Made by a program: the position numbers and the translations under genes | NCBI GenBank assembly: GCA_040905465.1 | Contig: JBBDRK010000049.1 | Span: forward strand, 1-64,000 | Length of the DNA: 64,000 nucleotides | Origin: Trueperaceae bacterium | Lineage (GTDB): Bacteria > Deinococcota > Deinococci > Deinococcales > Trueperaceae | Direction of reading: 5' to 3' | In this document: piece after piece, positions 50,856 through 59,937 of the stretch | Layout: each line of letters starts with the position of its first letter | How positions within the stretch are numbered: the stretch's first letter is position 1 | The notes under the pieces: generated by a model | Database searches by the model: none | The model's input: the letters and a program-made list of their open reading frames with translations, nothing else | What the model was told of the DNA's origin: nothing

Positions 50856-51275
50856 ATGTCCTCTAACCACCCGTCATCCGGGGAAGCAAAAAGTGATACG
50901 TCAACTAACCCTAAGGTGAGCGTGAAGGACCCCACATTCGCACAGGGAATGCTGGTTGTGGGATACGACGACTGCTATGCATCCGGGCTGACCGAGGTGA
51001 TGTTCGCGCACGACGACTTCCTGAGCGTGGACGACTTCTACCGCGTGGACTACCAGTTCGACGACTGGCAGCCACAGTCCAGCGTGTGGCAGGCGAGCCT
51101 CGACTACGAGTACCTGTTCCTCCCAGACGAGGAGTTGACCTGGTTCCTGGCCGCGCTACGCACCGACTCGCAACTGACCATCCAGGACTGGGACTCCTAC
51201 GGCACGGCACTGCCCTATACGTTCGAACTGCGCGGCGCGCGAAAGGCACTAAGGCAACTGCACTGCGAGGTCTAG
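50856..51275 (+). CDS. Hypothetical protein, probably a C-terminal fragment
   Basis: Protein-like composition from about 50950; no clear RBS or signal peptide. Confidence 0.4.
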   Translation: MSSNHPSSGEAKSDTSTNPKVSVKDPTFAQGMLVVGYDDCYASGLTEVMFAHDDFLSVDDFYRVDYQFDDWQPQSSVWQASLDYEYLFLPDEELTWFLAALRTDSQLTIQDWDSYGTALPYTFELRGARKALRQLHCEV

Positions 51276-51309
51276 AGAGCCGGAGCGTAACGGCCATAGT
51301 CGAGAAGCG

Positions 51310-51507
51310 AGCGAAGCAGCCCGGCTGATGCTCAGGTACGGTTTCGAGGAGCTGGGGTTCAACCGCATATCACTCGAGGTCTTCGACTTCAACAAGCGGG
51401 CGCTACGGGCGTACCGGAAGTTCGTGGCGGAGGGGCGCCTACGCGAGGTCCTGTGACAGGACGGTGAGTGCCACGACTCCATTGTGATGAGTCTGCTGCG
51501 GCCTGAG
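51310..51507 (+). pseudogene. RimJ/RimL GNAT acetyltransferase remnant
   Basis: MLRYGFEELGFNRISLEVFDFNKRALRAYRK-FVAEGRLREVL*QDGECHDSIVMSLL, with an in-frame TGA at 51454 and the N-terminus missing. Confidence 0.8.
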
Positions 51508-51631
51508 TCATGCAGGCTGGGACAGCCCCTTTCCAGCCCTTTCCAATACGCGCCGCAGCAGCGCGGTGCAGCGATTACTTGCGAAACGCAATCATGCGAG
51601 TTCGGTGGTCACGGAAGCAACTTGCCCGCCC

Positions 51632-54600
51632 CTAGGGCCCGACGACCGACGCCTCAAGTCCGTCGCTCCCTACCCCCAACTCGACGGTGGTGCGTTGCCC
51701 TGCTGCCACCGCCACATCGGGCACTTCCAGGGCCGTGCCCGCAGCATGCACGATCGTCCTATAGGTCCCGGCGGGCAGCGCGACTCCTTCGTCGCCGAGA
51801 TGCCCCGAGGCCACCTCGCCCCCCGAGGCATCCAGCACCGTGAACGGCACGGCGAGCGACTGCTTTATCCCGTCCAGCAACTCGCCGGAGTCGGCCGCGT
51901 CGAAGTAGCGCCCGCCGCTGAGCTCGGCGACTTGCTCCATCTCCGCCTTGGCGGCCTCGTCGGCGAGATCGAAGCCGACGATGTTGATTCGCACATCCAG
52001 CCCCTGGTCCAACAGTTCCGTCACGGCCTCCGCCGGGCTGCCGCCGCACTCCTCGATACCGTCGGTAACCAACAGCACCAGCTTCTCGCCGGGCTCGTCC
52101 CCGAAGTCGCCCGCGACCTGCCGCAGGGAAAACGCGATGGGAGTAGTGCCGCGCGGCTGGATCCCCGCGACCAGCTGCAGCAATCGCGTCTTGTCCACGG
52201 GACCGAACGGGAACACCAACTCAGAATCCTGACAGGCGCCGGCCTCGCTGAAATGGACCCGGTGACCGTAGAGACGCATCGCCACTCGCACGTCTTCCGG
52301 CAGGTCGGCGATCACGCCGGCCATTACCTCCTTGGCGATCTCGATGCGCGAGCGGCCCTCGATCTGCGCCCACATCGAGTTCGAGCCGTCCAGGATCAGC
52401 GCTATCCGCGGTGGCGCCCCGAGAACGGCGTCGGCCTCTTCGTCGGCCGCGATCACCCGTAGCCTTCCCGGGCCACGGGCCACTTCACGCGCGCTGACTG
52501 TCAGGTCGTAGAGCACCGGGGACGATCCGGAATCGAGGCGCTCGAAGCGGACTTCGACGCGAAGATAACGTCCGGCCGGCAGGTCCAGACCCTCCCCACT
52601 GGCCACAGTCGCCGGCTCGCTGAAATCGGCGCCGTCGACGCTGCTCGCTGCAGTCACCGTTATCGACCCGCTGTCCTGGGGCTCCGCTTGCCAGCTGATC
52701 TCTTGCCAGCTAGTCCCCGGGGCGCCGCTATCGTGAACGACGGTCCACGTGCCGCTGTCGGGGACGGCGGCCAGGGTGCTGCCGGTCATGTCACTGTAGT
52801 TGTACGGCGTCGCGTCGGGTCCGAGGTCGACGATCAGGTCGACCGCGCCAAGCGGAAAACCGCCACCGGCGAGTGGGCCGGCCCGCGGGTCGATACGCAT
52901 GACATCGTCCGTATTTGCGTTCGTGACCCAGATCTTGTCGTTGGCATCCACCGCTACGCCGGTCGGCCCGCTACCGTCAAGCAGATCGACATTCCCGACG
53001 AAGGTGCCGTCCGTCCTGAGGCGTCCGACCGTTGGCGAGGCGCCGGCCAGATTGCCGTGCGCCACCCACACGTTGCCGTCACGGTCCACCGCTACGCCCT
53101 TGGCGAAAGCGTCTCCGTGCTCGAAGCAGCCGAGGAGCGCGCCGCTCGGAGCCAGCTTGCAGACCCCGTCCTGGACCTCCTTCGTGTGCCAGATCTCTCC
53201 TGTGACAGTGTCGATGCCGAGGCCGTAGTTCCCGACATCCAGACCAAGACACTCGCCGGACATGGTGGTCGTATCGAACCGCAACAACCCACCATAGCGG
53301 GCCGACCAGAGAACGCCGTTACTGTCGATGAGCCCGCCGTAACCACCGCATCCCAGGTTGAACTCGGTACCGACGACAGGCTCACCGGTGCTCCCGTCGA
53401 TCTTTCCATGTGCCCTGTCGTAGCCACCGGTCCAGAGGTCGTTGTTACCATCGACGGCCACCGTGCGCGTCGCGGTGCCCGCCACCCGCGTGTAGAGAAT
53501 GACGCATTCGTCCTCGGCGGTGGATTCGTCAACATCGTCATCGGCATCGGCGCCCTGGGGCCAGGGCAAAATGTCGCCGAGCCCGGTGGAGGTGTCGATC
53601 TCGCCGTTGCCGTTACGGTCCGCACACTGATTGTTCTCCAGCAGGCCGATCTTGACTACCGAGCCCTTGCCGTCCTCGTTCTCACCCCGGTTTCCCGCCC
53701 AGGCGTTGCCGTCGGCGTCCACGGTGGTCCGTGAAGTGTCCCGACCCCGACCGTCAGGCGCGGAGAGATACTCGCCCAGGATCTCGCCCGTCGTCGTATC
53801 GATCTTTATCACGGTGCCCCGCCTCGACGCCGCCACCCAAATGAAATTGAACGGAACCGGCTCGTCGACCAACTTCAGTTCGTCGCCGGCGGACGTGACG
53901 TTCACAGGCGTGCCACCGTCAAACTCTGCGGTAAGGGTGTAGGTTGCGGGTGTGCCGACAAGCGGCTGTGCTCGTATCACCCCAGCTGCAGCCATGCTCA
54001 TATCGACGCTGCTGACCCGTCCCTCGCCGACCTCTACCTCGGCCCAACGCACCTCCTTGGTGTCCTCGCCCCGTGGCAGCACGCTAGCCACGTGATAGGT
54101 CCCCGGTAGCAGAACCGTAAAACCCCAGCGATTCTCGGTCTCGGCCTGCAGCTCACCCTGGTGGTCGAACACGTACCAGACTTCCGGCGGTTCGTGGCCA
54201 GCCAGCGGCACCAGCTCGACGCCGGAGAGGACCTCGACACGGGTCACCTGCCCCTCGGAGACCTCGACCTCGGCCCACTCCACCTCCGCATCACCGGGCG
54301 TCACCGCGACCGTGTAGCGGCCCGGCGGCAAGACCACGAACTTCCACTCCCCCTTCCACTCACGCGCAACACGATCTCCGCTTGCCTCGTAGATGTACCA
54401 CTGGGGCGCCTCGTGGCCAGGCACGCCCACCAACTCGACGCCGGAGAGGACCTCGACACGGATCACCTGCCCCTCGGAGACCTCCACCTCCGCCCACTCC
54501 AGCTCGGTATCACCCGGCTTCACCGCGACCGTGTAGCGGCCGGGCGGCAAGGCCACGAACTTCCACTCCCCCTTCCACTCGCGCGCAACACGATCGCCGG

Positions 54601-55012
54601 CTTCGTCGTAGATGTACCACTCCGGCGCGTCGTGGCCCGGCACGCCGACCAGCTCGACGCCGGAGAGGACCTCGACACGGGTCACCTGCCCCTCGGAGAC
54701 CTCGACCTCCGCCCACTCCACCTCGGTATCACCGGGCTTCACCGCGACCGTGTAGCGGCCGGGCGGCAAGGTCACGAACTTCCACTCCCCCTTCCACTCT
54801 CGGGCTACGCGGTCGCCGGCTTCGTCGTAGATGAACCATTCGGACGCGTCGAAATCGGGAACGCCCACCAGCTCGATGCCGGTGCTGCCCTGCTCGCCGG
54901 CGCCATCTTGAGCAAGGCCCGACAAGCCGATGAAAACGGCGATCAAGAGTATTGATAGGACCCGGAAGCGACCGGTCGTGAAGTGGAGTTCGTTGCGGTT
55001 TCGTCGAAACAT
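51632..55012 (-). CDS. Large secreted protein: four tandem beta-rich repeats, a Vgb/NHL-like beta-propeller and a VWA domain
   Basis: GGAGGG RBS; signal peptide ending GLAQ; repeated VAVDxxGNxW blades; VWA motifs DGSNS, TP and VTDG. Confidence 0.8.
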   Translation of the reverse strand: MFRRNRNELHFTTGRFRVLSILLIAVFIGLSGLAQDGAGEQGSTGIELVGVPDFDASEWFIYDEAGDRVAREWKGEWKFVTLPPGRYTVAVKPGDTEVEWAEVEVSEGQVTRVEVLSGVELVGVPGHDAPEWYIYDEAGDRVAREWKGEWKFVALPPGRYTVAVKPGDTELEWAEVEVSEGQVIRVEVLSGVELVGVPGHEAPQWYIYEASGDRVAREWKGEWKFVVLPPGRYTVAVTPGDAEVEWAEVEVSEGQVTRVEVLSGVELVPLAGHEPPEVWYVFDHQGELQAETENRWGFTVLLPGTYHVASVLPRGEDTKEVRWAEVEVGEGRVSSVDMSMAAAGVIRAQPLVGTPATYTLTAEFDGGTPVNVTSAGDELKLVDEPVPFNFIWVAASRRGTVIKIDTTTGEILGEYLSAPDGRGRDTSRTTVDADGNAWAGNRGENEDGKGSVVKIGLLENNQCADRNGNGEIDTSTGLGDILPWPQGADADDDVDESTAEDECVILYTRVAGTATRTVAVDGNNDLWTGGYDRAHGKIDGSTGEPVVGTEFNLGCGGYGGLIDSNGVLWSARYGGLLRFDTTTMSGECLGLDVGNYGLGIDTVTGEIWHTKEVQDGVCKLAPSGALLGCFEHGDAFAKGVAVDRDGNVWVAHGNLAGASPTVGRLRTDGTFVGNVDLLDGSGPTGVAVDANDKIWVTNANTDDVMRIDPRAGPLAGGGFPLGAVDLIVDLGPDATPYNYSDMTGSTLAAVPDSGTWTVVHDSGAPGTSWQEISWQAEPQDSGSITVTAASSVDGADFSEPATVASGEGLDLPAGRYLRVEVRFERLDSGSSPVLYDLTVSAREVARGPGRLRVIAADEEADAVLGAPPRIALILDGSNSMWAQIEGRSRIEIAKEVMAGVIADLPEDVRVAMRLYGHRVHFSEAGACQDSELVFPFGPVDKTRLLQLVAGIQPRGTTPIAFSLRQVAGDFGDEPGEKLVLLVTDGIEECGGSPAEAVTELLDQGLDVRINIVGFDLADEAAKAEMEQVAELSGGRYFDAADSGELLDGIKQSLAVPFTVLDASGGEVASGHLGDEGVALPAGTYRTIVHAAGTALEVPDVAVAAGQRTTVELGVGSDGLEASVVGP
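54000..54881 (-). repeat. Intragenic tandem repeat, 219-bp (73-aa) unit, three near-identical copies plus one diverged
   Basis: GCCGGAGAGGACCTCGACAC recurs at 54221, 54440 and 54659. Confidence 0.9.
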
Positions 55013-55277
55013 TTTCGTCCCTCCAAGGCGACTGAACCGTGCAGGCCTTACCGTCGCGATCCTCTGGGCACTCTTCCAACTCGACCCCCAGGTGCCTTCC
55101 AGGGTCGGTCCGGAAGCCGTCACCCCTGCGCCTGCCCACTCTCCAGCAGAGCCCGGACGGCGAGGCCGGCGACAACACGGACGAGAGTCCTCACAGCACG
55201 TCAGCTCCTTTCCCATACGCCCCCGCTAGCGCGGACACGCGCAGCGAGGTGAGCGTGAACGAGGCGGCGGTCCCTAG

Positions 55278-57179
55278 CCCATCTCCGGGTCGGGAGTCGG
55301 GCAAGCGCTCGCCGCCGAGGCGTGGGAGCTGGCCATCGAGTGCCTCCGTCGGGGGGCCGACAGGGCGTTCCGCGAGGGCCACGGCGAGCGACTCCGCGAT
55401 TACCTCGCCCGGTTCCCAGCGGCTTATCAGGGGCGTCCGGAGCTGCTGCGCGTCGAGGGTTACCTGTCCTGGGCGGCCGGCGACCTCGAGGTGGCGCAGG
55501 TAAAAGCGTCGCAGGCCGCCGAGGTCGAGGACGCCAACCTGCGTGCCGACGCGCTCGTCCTGCTGGCGGCCGTCCACTACTCCCTGGGGAACTTCGCCAC
55601 TGAGCTGATCGCGCTACGGCAGGCCATCGACCTCGCTCCCAGCGATCACCATGTGCTGGCCAAGGCCTGGTTCGGTCTGGGCTCGCTTCACTACCGGGCA
55701 GGCAGGGTCGCCGAGGCCGAGCAAGCCCTGAAGTGCTCCGCGGCGCTCACGCACGAAGGCGAGCCGGTCCATGCCGCCGTGCTGAGCGTCCTCGCGCTGC
55801 TGCCCTTGGCCCGCGGGACGCCCCGGACCGCCATTGCCGGGCTGGCACGGGCGGTAGCTGGCAACCGCAGGGTCGGCAACCGGCGCGGTGAAGCCCACGC
55901 CTGCTACCACCTGGCGATCGCGCTCGATCAGGCGGGCATGCATCAGCAGGCGCTGGACGCCCTGGCCGAGGCGGAGCAACTGGCGCGCGAGTTGGGCCTC
56001 GCCCACCTGGCGGCCCTGGTGGCTCGCGAGATGGCCGATGCTCACCGCGACATAGGGAGCGGCGAGGCGCCCGAACGGTACCGGCAGGCCATAGCCGAGC
56101 TTGAGGCGATGGGCGCCTCGGCCGGCTTGCTGCATGCTTATCACGGTCTGGCGGTGCAGTTGCGGCGAGAGAACGACAAGGAGGCGGCCCGGCGAGCAGC
56201 CGAGAAGGCGCTCGAGCACTCCGAAAGCGGAGACCCGGCGTTCGTGGCGCTGGTCCGGCTTCACCTGGCGCTGCTCAGCGATGACCAGGCGGCGTTGCGA
56301 GCGTCGCTAGCCCAGGCGCTCAGCCACCCGCACCGGTACTACCGGGCGCTGGCGCTCTGCTACGCCGCTGCCGGCGATCCGGTCGCGGCCCGCCGGCATG
56401 CCAAGGAAGCGATGGCGCTGATCCAGGACGAGGGGTTCGAGCACCTTCTGCGTGAGGAGCAGACGCTGGCAGCGCCGTGGCTCGGCACCCCTTCGCAACG
56501 GCCGCCGCCGGCTCCCGATACTCGCCTGGAACGGCCGCCCCGCTTCAGGCTGTATCTGCTGGGTGACCTCACCCTCGAAGGCCCGGAGGGCAGCCGCTCG
56601 CGTGTCCGTCCCCAGGCGCTCAGGCTGCTGGCCTATCTGGCGATGCGGCGCGGCTCCACGGTGGACCCCGCGCAACTGATCGACGCACTATGGCCCGACC
56701 GCGGCAACGAGATGCGGCCCACCATGCAGACCCTGATCTGGTTGCTACGGCGCAAGCTGCACGAGCGCCTGGTAGTGACCCACACCAGCGGCTACGCGTT
56801 CGATCCTGACGCGCTGGTGTGGGTCGATGTCGAGGAGTTCAGCCGGAGCCTTCGCGGGGAACGGTTCGAGGAGTGCATCTCCCTCTACCGTGGCGAGCTT
56901 CTGCCGGGGATCGAGTGGGCCGATCTCGAGCGCCGACACCTGGAGAACCGGTTCCTGCACGCACTCGAGCGGCTCGCCGACGACCGTTGTGAGGCGGGCA
57001 GGAGCGACGAGGGGATCGAGCTGTACGAGCGCATCGTGGCTATCGACCCCCTGGCCGAGAACGCCAGCAGGAAGCTCGTCGCGTGCCACCAGAAGGCCGG
57101 CCGCCATGACGCCGCTCAGCGGTTTCGGCGCGAGTTCGCCCAGCGGCTCGAGCAGGAGCTGGGGCTCTCCGGCGACTGA
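55278..57179 (+). CDS. TPR + winged-HTH/BTAD transcriptional activator (MalT/SARP-like), start unclear
   Basis: LLAYLA, LIDALWP, WVDVEEF, LYRGELLPG and DPLAE BTAD motifs; frame open from 55278, first GTG at 55491. Confidence 0.75.
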   Translation, partial: PISGSGVGQALAAEAWELAIECLRRGADRAFREGHGERLRDYLARFPAAYQGRPELLRVEGYLSWAAGDLEVAQVKASQAAEVEDANLRADALVLLAAVHYSLGNFATELIALRQAIDLAPSDHHVLAKAWFGLGSLHYRAGRVAEAEQALKCSAALTHEGEPVHAAVLSVLALLPLARGTPRTAIAGLARAVAGNRRVGNRRGEAHACYHLAIALDQAGMHQQALDALAEAEQLARELGLAHLAALVAREMADAHRDIGSGEAPERYRQAIAELEAMGASAGLLHAYHGLAVQLRRENDKEAARRAAEKALEHSESGDPAFVALVRLHLALLSDDQAALRASLAQALSHPHRYYRALALCYAAAGDPVAARRHAKEAMALIQDEGFEHLLREEQTLAAPWLGTPSQRPPPAPDTRLERPPRFRLYLLGDLTLEGPEGSRSRVRPQALRLLAYLAMRRGSTVDPAQLIDALWPDRGNEMRPTMQTLIWLLRRKLHERLVVTHTSGYAFDPDALVWVDVEEFSRSLRGERFEECISLYRGELLPGIEWADLERRHLENRFLHALERLADDRCEAGRSDEGIELYERIVAIDPLAENASRKLVACHQKAGRHDAAQRFRREFAQRLEQELGLSGD

Positions 57180-57255
57180 CGCGACGAAACCCTCATCACC
57201 GAGACTGCGGACCAGCTGTCCGACCGACGAGCTGGACGAGAGCGGCAGCGCCGAA

Positions 57256-57438
57256 ATGCGCCGTGAACGGGAGGTGCTGAGCCTGGCGTCGGAAGGGCTG
57301 ACGGTCTGCCAGATCAGCAAGCGGCTCGGAATCTGCTCGACGACGATAAACAAGCACGTGGCCAACATGCTCGGCAAGTCCGCGCTGCGCAACCGGGTAG
57401 AGATCGCGCGGTGGACATTCGGGCACGGCCAGCATTGA
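57256..57438 (+). pseudogene. Stand-alone or degraded LuxR-type HTH
   Basis: REREVLSLASEGLTVCQISKRLGICSTTINKHVANMLGKSALRNRVEIARW. Confidence 0.65.
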
Positions 57439-57515
57439 TCAGGGCACTCGAAACGGGCCGAATGTGGGTTGACGCTCATTGATTATCGGCCTCAGCCCAA
57501 AGCGAGGGACATCAT

Positions 57516-57545
57516 CGTGCTTCGACGTGCTTCGACGTGCTTCGA
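57516..57545. repeat. Micro tandem repeat (CGTGCTTCGA)x3
   Basis: Read directly from the sequence. Confidence 0.85.
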
Positions 57546-57795
57546 CCGGCGGTTCTAGCCCAGAGACGACGCATCCAGCCTGAACGGCCCCCGACACAAC
57601 TACCCCTCCGCCGCCACGCCCCGCTGTTGATCTCAGCGGAGGTGGCGCGCCTTTGAGCGTAGATTTGTCGGAAACCGTCCAATGGGCACCTCAATCTCGT
57701 CCAACAGCACCTCGCGCGTTTTCGAGACAACCCGGTGCAGGGAAGCCCAACAGTGCTTCGCTGGCCGCCCCATTATGCCTACCACTTGCATCCGC

Positions 57796-57825
57796 TTGTA
57801 AGAATCTCGTGAGAGTGTATATGAT
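57796..57825 (+). promoter_or_regulatory. Candidate promoter TTGTAA-N18-TATGAT for the four-gene surface operon
   Basis: Near-consensus hexamers about 230 nt upstream of the ATG at 58055. Confidence 0.45.
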
Positions 57826-58054
57826 TAGCCCAGTTCGAGTAACCGGCGCATTGACCGACCGCGTAGGAGGCGGCGAAGCCTGCACGTATTTTGGGCCCCC
57901 GTGCAGGTGGAGTCGGTAGCGCAATCGTCCGAGGGAGTACGCATGGCATGCAAGAGCGTCGCTCACCACAAACGGTCGGTTGAAGCAATTCCTCTTTCGC
58001 ACCGGGAGCTCGGCAAAACCTATCGGCCCAGTAGAACAACTTGAAAGGGGAAGT

Positions 58055-58555
58055 ATGAAACGGATTTTCGGACTGTTAGTTGCGCTCACGATGTTAATGG
58101 GAGCGAACGGAGTTCTTGCTCAAACAGGTAGCAGCGACGGACACGCCTTAAGTGTCGAGGTACAGGCCTTCGATTCGATAACTCTCGGTGGCACGCCTCC
58201 GTCATTTGTCATCACGGCCGAGGGAGAGGCTACCGACACTGGCAGCACAATAGCGTGGGCAACGAACGAGACAACCAGGACGATTACTGTTCAGAGTAGT
58301 CTGACTGCTGCCGCTATAGACTACGCTGTCACAGTGGAAGCAACCAACCCAGTGACGTCTGACGGTGCAACGCCGGGTACACCGGCAGGCGCGGTCACTA
58401 TCCCTGGGAGTGACGAATCAGCGGCCGCTTTCATCACGACAATCTCGCAATCGAGTGCTTCGGCGACTCTCGAATACGTAGTTGATATCAGTGTCACCGA
58501 CCCAACCGGTACTGATTCTCACACGATCACCTATACATTTACCGCCGACAGCTAG
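58055..58555 (+). CDS. Secreted Thr/Ala/Ser-rich beta protein, putative major fimbrial subunit
   Basis: Signal peptide ending VLAQ; 166 aa; terminal alternating strand HTITYTFT. Confidence 0.6.
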   Translation: MKRIFGLLVALTMLMGANGVLAQTGSSDGHALSVEVQAFDSITLGGTPPSFVITAEGEATDTGSTIAWATNETTRTITVQSSLTAAAIDYAVTVEATNPVTSDGATPGTPAGAVTIPGSDESAAAFITTISQSSASATLEYVVDISVTDPTGTDSHTITYTFTADS

Positions 58556-58561
58556 TCGGCC

Positions 58562-58599
58562 CATTGTCCGGAGTGATGTTGACATCACTCCGGACAATG
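58562..58599 (+). terminator. Perfect 18-bp stem-loop after the first subunit gene
   Basis: CATTGTCCGGAGTGATGT-TG-ACATCACTCCGGACAATG. Confidence 0.75.
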
Positions 58600-58619
58600 C
58601 CCCTTCCGTGGGGGCATGC

Positions 58620-59105
58620 ATGATTGAGAACGTATTTTGTGTGCTACTGATTTTCCTTCTAACACCCTTGGCCTCCGCGCAAACGCTCACCGCTACTGGC
58701 GACGCGTGGATCTTCGAGATTGGCGCAGACGATCTGGAGTCGCCGGGGGCGGGGCAGCCTCTTCGCAGCACATACGAGAGTTCGTCAACTGCCGTCGAGG
58801 TAGACGTAGAGGATGTAGCTGCAGAAGACTGGACGGTCGACGTTCGCCGCACCGACGACGAACTTACGCCATGGCCACAAGATCTCGAGTTGAGCGTGCG
58901 CTGGACCGATCAGGGGACCGGAACTGTAGCCCTTAGCGGCGGCTCCACCTACGTGGACATTCAGGAAGGCGGTGGCGTCTTCTTTTCGGGCACGGACAAC
59001 CGGACTGGCATTCAACTTCAGTACCAACTCTCGGGCGTGAGCCTGAGTACGCCGCCCGGAACCTACAACACCACCGTCTTGTTTACGGTCACACTTGATA
59101 ATTAG
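58620..59105 (+). CDS. Secreted beta protein, putative minor fimbrial subunit
   Basis: Signal peptide ending ASAQ; ends GTYNTTVLFTVT. Confidence 0.6.
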   Translation: MIENVFCVLLIFLLTPLASAQTLTATGDAWIFEIGADDLESPGAGQPLRSTYESSSTAVEVDVEDVAAEDWTVDVRRTDDELTPWPQDLELSVRWTDQGTGTVALSGGSTYVDIQEGGGVFFSGTDNRTGIQLQYQLSGVSLSTPPGTYNTTVLFTVTLDN

Positions 59106-59127
59106 GAAGGCAGTCGTAAGGACCAAC

Positions 59128-59916
59128 ATGAGGCTAGGCTCGATTCTGATACTGATTGTTGCTACCCTAACGGGGCATGCGCTCGCTGACATCTCCGTTA
59201 CCAGTAGTCTGTCGCAATTCCACGACGTGGTACCAGGCGAGGGCGTGGAAAACAGCATATCGATTCGAAACTCAGGATCGGCTGATGCGGTAATCAGGCT
59301 CTACCAAACCGACTACCTTTTCTTCGCTGACGGAAGATACAGCTACGGTGAGCCGGGCACCGTAAGTCGGTCCAATGCCGCTTGGATAACGCTTTCAACG
59401 CACGGTCTAACGATTCCCGCAGGAGAAACGGTCGCTGTTCCCTATGAAGTAAGGGTTCCAGATGACCAGAACCTGTTCGGATCGTACTGGAGTGCGATAA
59501 TGGTCGAGGAAGTTACCTCACCGACGCCGCAAGGCGAGGGTCCTGTAACAGTGCGTACAGTAGTTCGTTACGCGGTTCAAGTGGCAACTGAGTTCGGAGA
59601 AACCGGTGATAGTCTCCTCAACTTCACAAATCCCTCGTTACTAGACACAGAGGCTGGCGGTCAACTCCTCCAAGTAGATGCAGAAAACGTGGGAGAGCAA
59701 TCGATTCGCGCCTCCTTCTACGCGGAGCTTTACGATGATCAGGGTGCCTTGGTGGCTCGTATCGATGGCCGCCCGAGGAGGACCTATCCGGGTACCTCGA
59801 TCCGGCAACGCTTCGACCTAGGCCCACTGGTGGCGGGGAGGTACACCGCACTCGTTGTGGCAGATGGTGGCGGGGACGAGCTATTCGGGGCGCAATTCAC
59901 CCTGAATATCGAGTAG
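59128..59916 (+). CDS. Secreted two-Ig-domain chaperone-like protein (PapD/DUF916-like)
   Basis: Signal peptide; IRNSG, SNAAWI, TIPAGETVAV, GSYWSAIMVEE, VRYAVQV and ENVGE motifs. Confidence 0.6.
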   Translation: MRLGSILILIVATLTGHALADISVTSSLSQFHDVVPGEGVENSISIRNSGSADAVIRLYQTDYLFFADGRYSYGEPGTVSRSNAAWITLSTHGLTIPAGETVAVPYEVRVPDDQNLFGSYWSAIMVEEVTSPTPQGEGPVTVRTVVRYAVQVATEFGETGDSLLNFTNPSLLDTEAGGQLLQVDAENVGEQSIRASFYAELYDDQGALVARIDGRPRRTYPGTSIRQRFDLGPLVAGRYTALVVADGGGDELFGAQFTLNIE

Positions 59917-59937
59917 CACTAGAAGGATTCAAAGGAG

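Noticed and set aside
51454-51456. In-frame TGA as a selenocysteine codon
   Set aside because: The gene also lacks its N-terminus and has an internal deletion, so simple decay explains it
54000-54881. Long direct repeats as a CRISPR array or DGR template/variable pair
   Set aside because: They are in-frame 219-bp coding repeats with no spacers, and no cas or reverse transcriptase gene is present
55120-55195. Signal-peptide-like mini ORF (MRTLVRVVAGLAVRALLESGQAQG) upstream of the VWA gene
   Set aside because: 24 codons with a charged core; cannot be distinguished from chance
57516-57545. (CGTGCTTCGA)x3 as iterons or a phase-variation tract
   Set aside because: Only three units, no rep gene, and about 250 bp from the candidate promoter; kept only as a repeat
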